Assembly (NCBI GenBank): GCA_018816985.1
Contig: JAHIVA010000049.1
Span: forward strand, 2,466-66,465
Direction of reading: 5' to 3'
Length of the DNA stretch: 64,000 nt
DNA from: Patescibacteria group bacterium
GTDB taxonomy: Bacteria; Patescibacteriota; Minisyncoccia; Phycocordibacterales; UBA9973
Shown here: positions 34,284 to 43,070 of the stretch, in pieces
Numbering within the stretch: position 1 is the first letter of the stretch
Layout: every line of letters starts with the position of its first letter
Notes under the pieces: generated by a model
What the model saw: only the letters and a program-made list of their open reading frames with translations
What the model was told of the DNA's origin: nothing
Database searches by the model: none
Program-made: the position numbers and the translations under genes

Positions 34284-35477
34284 TTAACCAAGAATTTTTG
34301 TAACAACTCCTGCACCGACGGTCTTACCTCCCTCACGAATAGCGAATCTTTGTGATTCTTCAAGCGCAACCGGAGTAACTAACTTAACGGTAATTTTTAC
34401 TGTATCACCCGGCATTACCATTTCTGTCCCTTCGGCCAAAGTCACATCACCAGTCACGTCTGTCGTTCGGATATAAAATTGAGGTTTATAACCTTTAAAG
34501 AAAGGAGTATGACGTCCACCTTCTTCTTTTTTCAAAACGTAAATTTCACAGGTAAAATTATCATGCGGAGTAACAGTCCCCGGCTTAGCAAGAACTTGTC
34601 CGCGGGTAATGTCTTCTTTCTTTAAACCCCGAAGAAGAATTCCAGCATTATCACCCGCCATCCCTTCCTGAAGATTTTTATTAAACATTTCAATTCCGGT
34701 TACTGTTGTCTTTTGAGTTGGCTTAATTCCAACAACCTCTACTTCTTCTCCAACTTTCACTAACCCTCTTTCAATTTTTCCGGTAACCACTGTTCCTCGT
34801 CCTTCAATGGAAAAAATATCTTCAACTGGCATCAAAAAAGGTTTCTTGATATCACGCTCCGGAATTGGTATGTAAGTATCAAGAGCATCTACCAATTCAA
34901 GAATTTTCTTGGCCCATTCATCATCTAGAGACTTTGCTTCAATACCTTTTAGAGCAGAACCACGAATAACTGGAGCTCCGGCCCCGTCAAATCCTTGCTT
35001 AGTCAAAAGCTCACGAATTTCTTCTTCCACTAAGTCAATCATATCCTTGTCGTCAACCATATCGCACTTATTCAGAAAAACAATAATCTTTGGTACTCCT
35101 ACTTGCTTGGCCAAAAGAACATGTTCACGAGTCTGGGGCATTGCGCCATCAGTTGCAGCCACTACGAGAATAGCACCATCCATTTGAGCGGCGCCAGTAA
35201 TCATATTTTTTATGTAGTCAGCGTGTCCTGGAGCATCAATGTGCGCATAGTGACGCGCGTCCGTCGCATACTCATTGTGAGAAATGTTAATAGTAATTCC
35301 TCGAGATTTTTCCTCAGGAGCATTATCAATTTGATCAACTCCTCGAAGACGAACCGTCTTACCAGCCATATTTAACACGTGCAAAATCGCAGCGGTTAAA
35401 GTGGTCTTGCCATGGTCCACGTGACCAATGGTGCCGACATTAATGTGCGGCTTATCTCTCTTAAATTCTTCTGCCAT
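34284..35477 (-). CDS. tuf: Elongation factor Tu
   Basis: [21 protein letters not shown] and NKCD. Confidence 0.95.
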   Translation of the reverse strand: MAEEFKRDKPHINVGTIGHVDHGKTTLTAAILHVLNMAGKTVRLRGVDQIDNAPEEKSRGITINISHNEYATDARHYAHIDAPGHADYIKNMITGAAQMDGAILVVAATDGAMPQTREHVLLAKQVGVPKIIVFLNKCDMVDDKDMIDLVEEEIRELLTKQGFDGAGAPVIRGSALKGIEAKSLDDEWAKKILELVDALDTYIPIPERDIKKPFLMPVEDIFSIEGRGTVVTGKIERGLVKVGEEVEVVGIKPTQKTTVTGIEMFNKNLQEGMAGDNAGILLRGLKKEDITRGQVLAKPGTVTPHDNFTCEIYVLKKEEGGRHTPFFKGYKPQFYIRTTDVTGDVTLAEGTEMVMPGDTVKITVKLVTPVALEESQRFAIREGGKTVGAGVVTKILG

Positions 35478-35587
35478 AATTTTATTTAGGCTAATAAGTA
35501 AGACTTAATGTACGAGAACCAGTCACTAAGGCTTAACTACTAACTTTAATTAACTAATAATATCTAAAGCCAAAAAAGCAATAGAAA

Positions 35588-35606
35588 AACTGCAGAAAGT
35601 GCAGTT
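35588..35606 (-). promoter_or_regulatory. Hairpin plus U-tract at the predicted 5' end of the tuf transcript
   Basis: - strand AACTGCA-ctttc-TGCAGTT followed by tttctattgctttttt. It starts about 7 nt after the -10 box. Confidence 0.45.
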
Positions 35607-35612
35607 GTTTAG

Positions 35613-35640
35613 ATACTAACAAATTAAGAAAAAATGTCAA
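35613..35640 (-). promoter_or_regulatory. Sigma70-like tuf promoter (TTGACA-16-TAGTAT)
   Basis: - strand TTGACAttttttcttaatttgtTAGTAT. Confidence 0.6.
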
Positions 35641-35656
35641 CCCAGACAGGGTGGTG

Positions 35657-35914
35657 TTATTTATAAATATCATGGTCGCCTACCGAATGAAAATAGATTA
35701 CTTTTTCCGAAGCAAATTCAAATATTATTCTATAGCTATATGATATAGAAAAAGCCCAGTTAGGATATAATCTACCGGAAAGTTTATGTGTCTCAAGTGA
35801 TGGATGAAAAGGATTTTTTCTAAAAATTTTCTCTTTTTTCTTTGCGGATAATTTTAATTCAGCAGTCAGCTTTCTATATTCACGCTCAAATTTTGAAGAG
35901 TAAATTATCTGCAT
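35657..35914 (-). CDS. RelE/ParE-superfamily type II toxin
   Basis: 85 aa. FEREYRKL....H.LSG....W.F.I.YSYRIIF resembles RelE/YafQ/ParE-like toxins. It lies 12 nt downstream of the antitoxin gene. Confidence 0.7.
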   Translation of the reverse strand: MQIIYSSKFEREYRKLTAELKLSAKKKEKIFRKNPFHPSLETHKLSGRLYPNWAFSISYSYRIIFEFASEKVIYFHSVGDHDIYK

Positions 35915-35926
35915 AAAAATATAATT

Positions 35927-36142
35927 TTAATCCAGGTCAGCTAGTGATCTAAGAATTTTTCCCTCCCCACGAGCTATTTCGGCCCGACTTTCACGAATTT
36001 CTTTTACAAGTTGTTCTTCTTTCCAGCTTCTTACCGCATCTCTAAAAAACTCACTCACGGAAGCGTAATTGCCCGCTTTGACTTGTTTTTCTACTTCATG
36101 CTTTAGCTCTTTCGGTATTGAAATATTTAAGGTTGTTCTCAT
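35927..36142 (-). CDS. Ribbon-helix-helix (ParD/CopG-like) antitoxin
   Basis: 71 aa. The N-terminal MRTTLNISIPKELKHEVEK looks like an RHH beta-strand and SVSEFFRDAVR like its helix. Confidence 0.7.
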   Translation of the reverse strand: MRTTLNISIPKELKHEVEKQVKAGNYASVSEFFRDAVRSWKEEQLVKEIRESRAEIARGEGKILRSLADLD

Positions 36143-36148
36143 ATATCA

Positions 36149-36178
36149 AGTGTAGCACATTGTGCTACAGGGTGTCAA
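36149..36178 (-). promoter_or_regulatory. TA-module promoter (TTGACA-18-TACACT-6-ATG) with an embedded palindromic operator
   Basis: The palindrome TGTAGCAC-att-GTGCTACA (36151-36169) sits between the -35 and -10 boxes, as expected for RHH autoregulation. Confidence 0.5.
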
Positions 36179-36447
36179 ATCAAGACCCCGTCTAATAATT
36201 TAAATTCAAATGGAATTTCTTTGGCATTTTTTTTGCCTTTGTATTTTTCTTCCAATTCGCGTTTTTTGGCTTCCAATTCTTCCATAGTAAAACCCATTTC
36301 TTTTATTTTTTGTTCTCCTAATTTATAAAATGTAGGAGAGAAACCAACGGTTTTAATTCCAAGGTCTTTTCTACCAACACCGATAAACCAATCAAAAGGT
36401 ATTTCCTTTTTCTGTTCCGATTTTATGTTTGGACCTTCGGTGCTCAT
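36175..36447 (-). CDS. Hypothetical 90-aa protein
   Basis: MSTEGPNIK... with the internal repeat EIPFDWF / EIPFEFK. The start was chosen because TATAAT lies 6 nt upstream. Confidence 0.45.
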   Translation of the reverse strand: MSTEGPNIKSEQKKEIPFDWFIGVGRKDLGIKTVGFSPTFYKLGEQKIKEMGFTMEELEAKKRELEEKYKGKKNAKEIPFEFKLLDGVLI

Positions 36448-36463
36448 TTTTTTATTATATAAC

Positions 36464-36487
36464 AAAAAACACCCTTAGGTGTTTTTT
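36464..36487. terminator. Bidirectional intrinsic terminator after fusA
   Basis: AAAAAACACC-ctta-GGTGTTTTTT. Confidence 0.65.
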
Positions 36488-36493
36488 GAAGCT

Positions 36494-38644
36494 TTATTTC
36501 CTCGCAGCAATAATAGTCTCGGCTACGTTTTGTGGCACAATGTCGTAACGGAAGAATTCCATCGTGAAACCGGCACGGCCTTCGGTCATAGAACGCAAGC
36601 CGGTCATATAACCGAACATTTCCGAAAGAGGCACTATTGCTTTTATTACTTTATTCATTCCACGATCTTCCATTCCTTCGATTAAAGCACGCTTAGAAGA
36701 AAGGTTACCAGTAACGTCTCCCATAAACTTATCTGGAGTGACAACTTCCACTTTCATCATCGGCTCTAGAATAACCGGACTGGCTCGACGACAAGCGTCT
36801 TGAATAGCCATACTGGAAGCAATCTTGAAAGCCATTTCATTGGAATCAACTTCATGATAACTTCCATCCCAAAGCTCTACCGAAACATTAACGATTTTAA
36901 AACCAGCCACCACTCCGCGGTCTAATCCTTCCTTGAATCCCTTTTCACAAGGCGCAATATATTCCTGCGGAATTACTCCCCCTTTAATACTGTTGATAAA
37001 TTCAAAGCCTTCAGATCTTTTGGTATTTTTCGGCAAATCTTCCATTTCTTCTTTGGTCAGCATCACCATTGGTTTCACTTTTATCTTCACATGTCCGTAA
37101 TTTCCACGTCCACCTGATTGCTTAATATATTTACCTTCAGCCTCAGAGTTTCCGGTAATTGTTTCCCGATAAGCAACCTGTGGTTTACCCACATTAGCTT
37201 CTACTGTAAATTCTCTTTTTAATCGATCCACAATAATTTCTAGATGAAGTTCTCCCATTCCCGCAATAATAGTCTCGCCTGTTTCTTGATCAGTGGTAAC
37301 TTTAAAAGTCGGGTCTTCTTGCGCCAAACGATTAAGCGCCATCCCCATTTTTTCTTGGTCTGCTTTTGTTTTCGGCTCAATACGAAGCTGAATAACCGGT
37401 TCTGGAAAAACAATACGATTTAATTCAATTGGATTATTTTCATCACATAGTGTGTCGGAAGTAATGGTATCTTTCAATCCTACGGCTGCGGCTATTTCTC
37501 CGGCAAAAACTTGTTTTACTTCTTCTCTATCGTTCGCATGCATCCGCAAGATTCGTCCGATACGTTCTTTGTTGCGAGTACGTGGATTGTAAATATAACT
37601 TCCAGCCATTAAACTCCCTGAATAAACTCGGAAAAAAATAATTTGCCCAACAAATGGATCTGTCGCGACCTTAAAAGCTAGGGCTGAAAACGGCTCAACG
37701 TCGGAAGCGTGACGCACCGCAGGCTCCTCAGTGTCAGGATTTATGCCATCAATTGGTGGAATGTCTGTCGGAGCTGGTAAATAATCAACAACCGCATCAA
37801 GCACCAACTGAACACCTTTGTTTTTTAACGCAGAACCAGCAAAGACTGGGAAAATTTCATTAGCAATTACAGCTTTACGTAAAGTTTTTTTTAATATTTC
37901 GATACTTGGAATCATTCCTTCTAAATATTCAGTCATCATCACCTCATCTGTCTCTACTATTTTTTCGACAAGTTCACTATGAAATTTTTCTGCCTCAGTT
38001 TTTAATTCTTCTGGAATTTCTTTTTCAATCACAAGATTACCCATTTCTCCTTCAAAATAAAAAGCTTTCATTTGAAGTAAATCAATAACTCCTTCATGTT
38101 TTTCTTCCAATCCAATAGGAATCTGCATACGAACAGCTTTTTTTGTCAGTCTATCTAAAATAGTAGAAAATGAATGTTCAAAAGAAGCGCCAGTCCTATC
38201 TAATTTATTAATAAAACAGACACGAGGAACTTTCGCTTCATCCGCATAACGCCAATTCGTTTCAGATTGCGGTTCTACGCCAGCCACACCATCAAAAACA
38301 ACAACAGCACCATCAAGCACACGGAGAGAACGTTTTACTTCTACCGTAAAGTCAATGTGTCCAGGGGTATCAATAATATTAAAACGATGTTTCTTTGATT
38401 TATCTTTTATGTCAGCATACGTAGGTGTCCAGAAACAAGTTACAGCCGCAGAAGTAATAGTAATTCCGCGTTCTCGTTCTTGTTCCATCCAGTCTGTCGT
38501 CGTCTCCCCATCGTGCACTTCCCCAATCTTATGCGATACACCAGTATAAAAAAGCACCCGCTCAGTCGTAGTCGTTTTCCCCGCATCAATGTGTGCGATA
38601 ATTCCAATATTGCGAACTTTTTCTAAAGGATAATCTCGTTCCAT
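36494..38644 (-). CDS. fusA: Elongation factor G
   Basis: [23 protein letters not shown]. 716 aa. Confidence 0.95.
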   Translation of the reverse strand: MERDYPLEKVRNIGIIAHIDAGKTTTTERVLFYTGVSHKIGEVHDGETTTDWMEQERERGITITSAAVTCFWTPTYADIKDKSKKHRFNIIDTPGHIDFTVEVKRSLRVLDGAVVVFDGVAGVEPQSETNWRYADEAKVPRVCFINKLDRTGASFEHSFSTILDRLTKKAVRMQIPIGLEEKHEGVIDLLQMKAFYFEGEMGNLVIEKEIPEELKTEAEKFHSELVEKIVETDEVMMTEYLEGMIPSIEILKKTLRKAVIANEIFPVFAGSALKNKGVQLVLDAVVDYLPAPTDIPPIDGINPDTEEPAVRHASDVEPFSALAFKVATDPFVGQIIFFRVYSGSLMAGSYIYNPRTRNKERIGRILRMHANDREEVKQVFAGEIAAAVGLKDTITSDTLCDENNPIELNRIVFPEPVIQLRIEPKTKADQEKMGMALNRLAQEDPTFKVTTDQETGETIIAGMGELHLEIIVDRLKREFTVEANVGKPQVAYRETITGNSEAEGKYIKQSGGRGNYGHVKIKVKPMVMLTKEEMEDLPKNTKRSEGFEFINSIKGGVIPQEYIAPCEKGFKEGLDRGVVAGFKIVNVSVELWDGSYHEVDSNEMAFKIASSMAIQDACRRASPVILEPMMKVEVVTPDKFMGDVTGNLSSKRALIEGMEDRGMNKVIKAIVPLSEMFGYMTGLRSMTEGRAGFTMEFFRYDIVPQNVAETIIAARK

Positions 38645-38649
38645 ATATT

Positions 38650-38680
38650 TTAATTATTTATAGTGAGCATAGTCGAACTA
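38650..38680 (-). repeat. Family C stop-to-start linker copy (rpsG stop to fusA start)
   Basis: mRNA sense: TAG TTCGACTATGCTCACTATAAATAATTAAAATAT ATG. Confidence 0.75.
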
Positions 38681-39148
38681 CCAAGCAAAATGGGCAAAAG
38701 CTTTGTTGGCCTCGGCCATTTTGTGAGTATCTTCTTTCTTTTTAATGGCTGTACCTTCATTCTTAGAAGCAGCGATAAGTTCATCAGCTAATTTAATATA
38801 CATAGGAGAACCTTTTTTATTACGAGCCGCGTCACGAATCCAGCGCATCGCTAGAGCGAGTCTTCTTTCGGCACGTACCTCTCTAGGTACTTGATAGTTG
38901 GCTCCTCCAATACGCTTGGAACGGACTTCTGTCAGTGGACCAGCATTTTTTAACGCTAAATCAAAAACCTCTAAAGGATTTGAATTACCTGTTTTTTCCT
39001 TAATAATATCTAGGGCCTGATACATTATTTTTCTGGAAGTTTCCTTCTTACCAGACCACATAATATAATTAATAAACTTTTCTAATTTTTGAGAATTATA
39101 AATAAAATCAGGTTCTACTACATTTCTATTTTTTACTTTTCTACGCAT
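38678..39148 (-). CDS. rpsG: 30S ribosomal protein S7
   Basis: 156 aa, ending AEANKAFAHFAW. Confidence 0.9.
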   Translation of the reverse strand: MRRKVKNRNVVEPDFIYNSQKLEKFINYIMWSGKKETSRKIMYQALDIIKEKTGNSNPLEVFDLALKNAGPLTEVRSKRIGGANYQVPREVRAERRLALAMRWIRDAARNKKGSPMYIKLADELIAASKNEGTAIKKKEDTHKMAEANKAFAHFAW

Positions 39149-39159
39149 AAAATTTATTT

Positions 39160-39585
39160 TTATTTCTTAACCTCTTTCTTAGGTTTCTTATTTCCATAAA
39201 GCGAACGAGACTGTCTTCTTTTTTCTACTCCTTGAGTATCAAGAACTCCACGGACAATGTGATATCTGACTCCGATTAAATCTTTCACTCTTCCTCCACG
39301 CAAGATAACAACAGAATGTTCTTGAAGATTATGTCCTTCACCAGGAATATAAGCGGTTACTTCCATTCCATTTGTTAATCGCACTCTGGCAATCTTACGA
39401 AGAGCAGAGTTTGGCTTCTTGGGAGTAGTCGTGGAAACCTTAGTACAAACTCCTCGCTTAAAAGGCGAAGGAAAAAATACCGGTCTGTTCTTCAGGACAT
39501 TAAAGCCACGAGCCAGAGCCACTGTTTTATGTTTGGAGTGAACTTTCACTCTATTTTTCTTAATTAATTGGTTGATTGTTGGCAT
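39160..39585 (-). CDS. rpsL: 30S ribosomal protein S12
   Basis: [10 protein letters not shown]...[10 protein letters not shown]. Confidence 0.95.
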   Translation of the reverse strand: MPTINQLIKKNRVKVHSKHKTVALARGFNVLKNRPVFFPSPFKRGVCTKVSTTTPKKPNSALRKIARVRLTNGMEVTAYIPGEGHNLQEHSVVILRGGRVKDLIGVRYHIVRGVLDTQGVEKRRQSRSLYGNKKPKKEVKK

Positions 39586-39610
39586 TAAATTAACTTATTA
39601 CAAAACAAAA

Positions 39611-39660
39611 GAGTCCGAAGACTCAACTCAAAATATACTATATTAGTATAAAAATTGCAA
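39611..39660 (-). promoter_or_regulatory. str operon promoter (TTGCAA-17-TATATT) followed by a UUCG hairpin plus U-tract
   Basis: -35 at 39655-60 and -10 at 39632-37. The hairpin GAGTC-ttcg-GACTC (39611-24) is followed by ttttgttttg on the - strand. Confidence 0.5.
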
Positions 39661-39664
39661 ACCT

Positions 39665-40285
39665 TTAAAGCAAAAGCCCGGTAATTAAATGAAAAAGAAA
39701 AGCTAAAATCGGATATAGGTAGTCAGAAAAGAAAACAATAAACATAAGCAATAAAACTAGTGAATATTTCTCATAAGCAAGAATAAAAGAAAAAGCTGAT
39801 TCTGGGAGTAAGGAAAAAAGAATTTTAGAACCATCCAGCGGTGGAATCGGAATTAGATTAAAAATCGCCAAGGCTAAATTTACAATAACGATAGCCGAAG
39901 TTATAAAATAAAAACCAACTGACATATTGAAACCAGATGCAAGCCGAATAATTATACCAAATAAAATAGCAATAAAAAGATTGGAAAGTACTCCGGCTGC
40001 CGCGACAGCCATCGTTCCCCATTTTCGATTGCTTAAATTATTGGGATTATATGGTACTGGTTTTGCCCAGCCAAAAACAAAAGGAGACTGAGACAAAACT
40101 AAAAGCGCCGGTAAAAGAATCGAACCAAAAATATCTAAATGAGGAATGGGGTTTAGGGTCAGGCGTCCAGCCCTGCGTGCTGTCTCATCACCGAAATATT
40201 CCGCCACAAAACCATGCGAAACTTCGTGAATCACTATTGACATAACAAGTATCACTATATAAAAAATTGCATTGGTTGCGTCCAT
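39665..40285 (-). CDS. Site-2 protease family (M50) membrane metalloprotease
   Basis: HEVSHG zinc motif in the first TM region, and multi-TM. The start is probably MDATNA. Confidence 0.7.
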   Translation of the reverse strand: MDATNAIFYIVILVMSIVIHEVSHGFVAEYFGDETARRAGRLTLNPIPHLDIFGSILLPALLVLSQSPFVFGWAKPVPYNPNNLSNRKWGTMAVAAAGVLSNLFIAILFGIIIRLASGFNMSVGFYFITSAIVIVNLALAIFNLIPIPPLDGSKILFSLLPESAFSFILAYEKYSLVLLLMFIVFFSDYLYPILAFLFHLITGLLL

Positions 40286-40317
40286 ATAAATTCTATGATA
40301 ACATATGAAAACTACAT

Positions 40318-40566
40318 ATGAAAACATGCATGGTAACAAAAAAAAGTTCAATCGTCGGAGGCGGATATTCTAATAGAACCCGTGCCACTAAATTTAACCC
40401 AACTGGCAAGAAAAGAAAATACCCCAATCTTCAAAAGAAGAAGCTTTTTGTTCCTGAACTAAATAAATCAATCAATATAGAAGTTAGTCCCCGCGGCATG
40501 CGTACCATGAAAAAGCGTGGCACCTATGCCACGCTTCTCAAAGCTGGACTTATCCAAGCAAAATAA
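40318..40566 (+). CDS. rpmB: 50S ribosomal protein L28
   Basis: MKTCMVTKKSSIVGGGYSNRTRATKF..PNLQKKKLFVPE matches the L28 pattern. Confidence 0.8.
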   Translation: MKTCMVTKKSSIVGGGYSNRTRATKFNPTGKKRKYPNLQKKKLFVPELNKSINIEVSPRGMRTMKKRGTYATLLKAGLIQAK

Positions 40567-41026
40567 AAAAATCCCCATTTGGGGATTTTTTTATTTTTTG
40601 TTTTTTGTTTTTTTCTTTCTCCTTAGTTAAAATTTCATTTACTCTCATATCCCTATCGTCATATTTTACCGGAACCTTGTCTCCGATGTTATATTTTTCA
40701 TAATCTTCTTTTAATATAGAAAAAGAAGTTTCCAACTCTTTTATCTTTAAAATTATTATCCACTCTTCTGGATGTGGAACAATTACTGAAATTTTTCCTG
40801 CCATCAGTACTTGGTTAGATGGTTCCTCATGATTTTTCTTCACAATTACCGCTTCTCCTTGTTTTTCATGCTCCTTTCTTTCAGCAGAATCATTTTTCAA
40901 AAACTTATCAAACTTATAAGCCCCAGCAGCAATGGCACCCACGGCCACTGCACCCACTCCCAAATTTTTTAAGAATTCTCGACGATTCATTTTGTTATCA
41001 TTTTGTTTTGGTAAACTTTCTTTCAT
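40550..41026 (-). CDS. Hypothetical exported protein with a twin-arginine-type signal peptide
   Basis: MNRREFLKNLGVGAVAVGAIAAGA fits the (S/T)RRxFLK consensus. The start may be M13 (40990). Confidence 0.5.
   Translation of the reverse strand: MKESLPKQNDNKMNRREFLKNLGVGAVAVGAIAAGAYKFDKFLKNDSAERKEHEKQGEAVIVKKNHEEPSNQVLMAGKISVIVPHPEEWIIILKIKELETSFSILKEDYEKYNIGDKVPVKYDDRDMRVNEILTKEKEKNKKQKIKKSPNGDFFILLG
40565..40592. terminator. Bidirectional intrinsic terminator (AAAAAAATCCCC-attt-GGGGATTTTTTT)
   Basis: Perfect 12-bp stem immediately after the rpmB stop. It lies inside the 3' end of the convergent ORF. Confidence 0.65.
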
Positions 41027-41065
41027 ATAAGTAATTATAACAAGGCGAATTCAATAAGCAACCAA

Positions 41066-41800
41066 CTGTCAAACATCGGGTGTTTGACAGTTTAATCAAT
41101 CTAAAACAAGCTCGTCTTTAATTTCTTTTGCTCCACTGGTTTCTACAAAACTTTTGTATTCTTTTCTGTTTTTAAACTGTTCTATGATAATCCCAGTCTC
41201 TAAAAGACTTCCCCATCGATTTTCTTTAACATAATCTTGGTAACTTGACCACGGAAAACTTTCCTCTTTTCTACGCCACTCATTTAATTCTCTTGAGTTT
41301 AAGTGTACATAAGCAGAAAGATGTAAAAGTTGTTCATTGCTTTCAACGTGAACAGCTTTATAAGGACCCTCAAAAAGATGCCCGGAAACACCATAACGCG
41401 CATTAAAATATTTTGTATAAGAATTTAAAACTCGTTGCATATATTTTCCTATTCCTCTTTCTTTTATTTCTTTTACAATAAGATGAAAATGATTGGGCAT
41501 TAAAGCAAAACCGGTTAATTCCACAAATTTTTTTGTAGTCAAATCACTTTTGATGTCAAACACCCGATGTTTGACATATGAAGATATAATTCTAGAAATT
41601 TGCGGAAAATTATTTTCTGTTTGAAAATATAAAATCAAGAAAAGAAACCTAGCTCGATCCCTATCGTCTTTTAAAATTATCTTTTTCCCTACTCCTCTAT
41701 TGTAAATATGATAATACTCGTTCACTGAAATATTATCTCGGTTCATGAGTTAATTTTATACCAAACAACATGTAACTGTCAAACATCGGGTGTTTGACAG
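41066..41800 (-). mobile_element. IS200/RAYT-like unit: Y1 transposase gene bounded by two identical 25-nt hairpins
   Basis: CTGTCAAACA-tcggg-TGTTTGACAG occurs at 41066-41090 and 41776-41800 in the same orientation. An inverted copy TGTCAAACA-cccga-TGTTTGACA lies at 41554-41576 inside the ORF. Confidence 0.65.
41096..41746 (-). CDS. Y1 HUH transposase (IS200/IS605 TnpA / REP-associated tyrosine transposase-like)
   Basis: YHIYNRGVGKKIIL and the HUH motif MPNHFHLIV. Candidate catalytic Tyr region is NSYTKYFNARYGVSGHLFEGPYK. Confidence 0.75.
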   Translation of the reverse strand: MNRDNISVNEYYHIYNRGVGKKIILKDDRDRARFLFLILYFQTENNFPQISRIISSYVKHRVFDIKSDLTTKKFVELTGFALMPNHFHLIVKEIKERGIGKYMQRVLNSYTKYFNARYGVSGHLFEGPYKAVHVESNEQLLHLSAYVHLNSRELNEWRRKEESFPWSSYQDYVKENRWGSLLETGIIIEQFKNRKEYKSFVETSGAKEIKDELVLD

Positions 41801-41804
41801 CCGC

Positions 41805-43070
41805 TTACGCTGGCACAAAAGTGAGTGCGGTGCCTTTTTTGCCCGAGCGACCAGTACGGCCGATGCGGTGTATATAAGTATCATAAGTTTGAGGCACGTC
41901 ATAGTTAATGACATGTGTAACATCTGGAATATCTAGTCCTCTCGCTGCCACATCAGTCGCAATCAAAATATTAATTCGATCTTTTTTAAATGAATCAAGA
42001 ATACGAATACGTTCACGACTACGTTTATCGCCGTGAATACCACCAACCCTAAAACCCATTTGCCCAAGCTCTTTGGTAAGAGTGTCTACGCTATGTTTCA
42101 TCTCCCGAAAAATTAATATTTTATCTGAACCTTCCTGCTTTAAAACGTTATGCAATTTTTCTAATTTTTCTTCTTTGCTACGGACACGAATTACATCTTG
42201 ATTAATATTTTTTAATGTTTCGCCAGAAATAACAGAAACAAAAACAGGATTTTTTAAATAATGCTCGGTCAATTTTTTAATTTCAGGAGAAAGAGTCGCA
42301 GAAAAGAAAAGGGTCTGGCGCTCTTTATTGGTTTTGCCAATTATATAAACCATATCATCTCGAAACCCCATATCCAACATTCTGTCAGCCTCGTCTAAAA
42401 CTATACTATGGCAGGTAGATAGATCTAAAACTTTTTTATCAATCAAATCACGCAAGCGTCCTGGTGTACCAATAACAAAAGAAACTCCCATTTTTATTTC
42501 GCGAATTTGTTTCATAATCGGCAAACCTCCTACGCAAGCCACCGAAAACATCCCAAAACCAAAAGCTAGATTTTTAAAGTCTGCTTCTATTTGCAATGCC
42601 AGCTCACGAGTTGGCGCCATTATTAAAACTGTTTCTCTTTTATTTTGACCTTTAGTTTTTACAATTTTTTCAATTAAAGGTAAAAGAAAAGCCGCAGTTT
42701 TGCCGGTACCCGTATTAGCCATACCAAAGACATCCTTGCCTTCCATTACAACCAACATCGCCTTATCCTGAATCGGCCTAGGATTGATAAAACCAGCTCT
42801 GGTAATATTTTTATGCAGTTGGGGATTAAATGGAAAATCCGCGAAAGTATACTTGGACACGTACGGTTTTTCTTCCACATAAATATTTTTCTTAACGAAA
42901 CGAGAAAAATCTATCCGTTCACCACGGGATCTTTTATTGCCTCCCCTACTTTTTTTAAAAGACCTACTTGCCAAAAAGGAAGAAGGGCGAGAATTATTAA
43001 ATTTTTTTGCTTTATAGGCAAATTTGGGTCGTCCGAATTTACTCGGAGCTCCCGAATGAGATTTATACAT
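41805..43070 (-). CDS. DEAD-box ATP-dependent RNA helicase
   Basis: Q-motif region, ANTGTGKT, the DEAD box (VLDEADRM), SAT and HRIGRTGR. Confidence 0.9.
   Translation of the reverse strand: MYKSHSGAPSKFGRPKFAYKAKKFNNSRPSSFLASRSFKKSRGGNKRSRGERIDFSRFVKKNIYVEEKPYVSKYTFADFPFNPQLHKNITRAGFINPRPIQDKAMLVVMEGKDVFGMANTGTGKTAAFLLPLIEKIVKTKGQNKRETVLIMAPTRELALQIEADFKNLAFGFGMFSVACVGGLPIMKQIREIKMGVSFVIGTPGRLRDLIDKKVLDLSTCHSIVLDEADRMLDMGFRDDMVYIIGKTNKERQTLFFSATLSPEIKKLTEHYLKNPVFVSVISGETLKNINQDVIRVRSKEEKLEKLHNVLKQEGSDKILIFREMKHSVDTLTKELGQMGFRVGGIHGDKRSRERIRILDSFKKDRINILIATDVAARGLDIPDVTHVINYDVPQTYDTYIHRIGRTGRSGKKGTALTFVPA

Noticed and set aside
26357-38680. Family C linker as an internal sigma70 promoter (TTCGAC as -35, TATAAA as -10)
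   Set aside because: The two hexamers are only 7-8 nt apart, far from the 16-18 nt needed. There is no TG extension. The -35 position for TATAAA would fall in non-conserved coding sequence.
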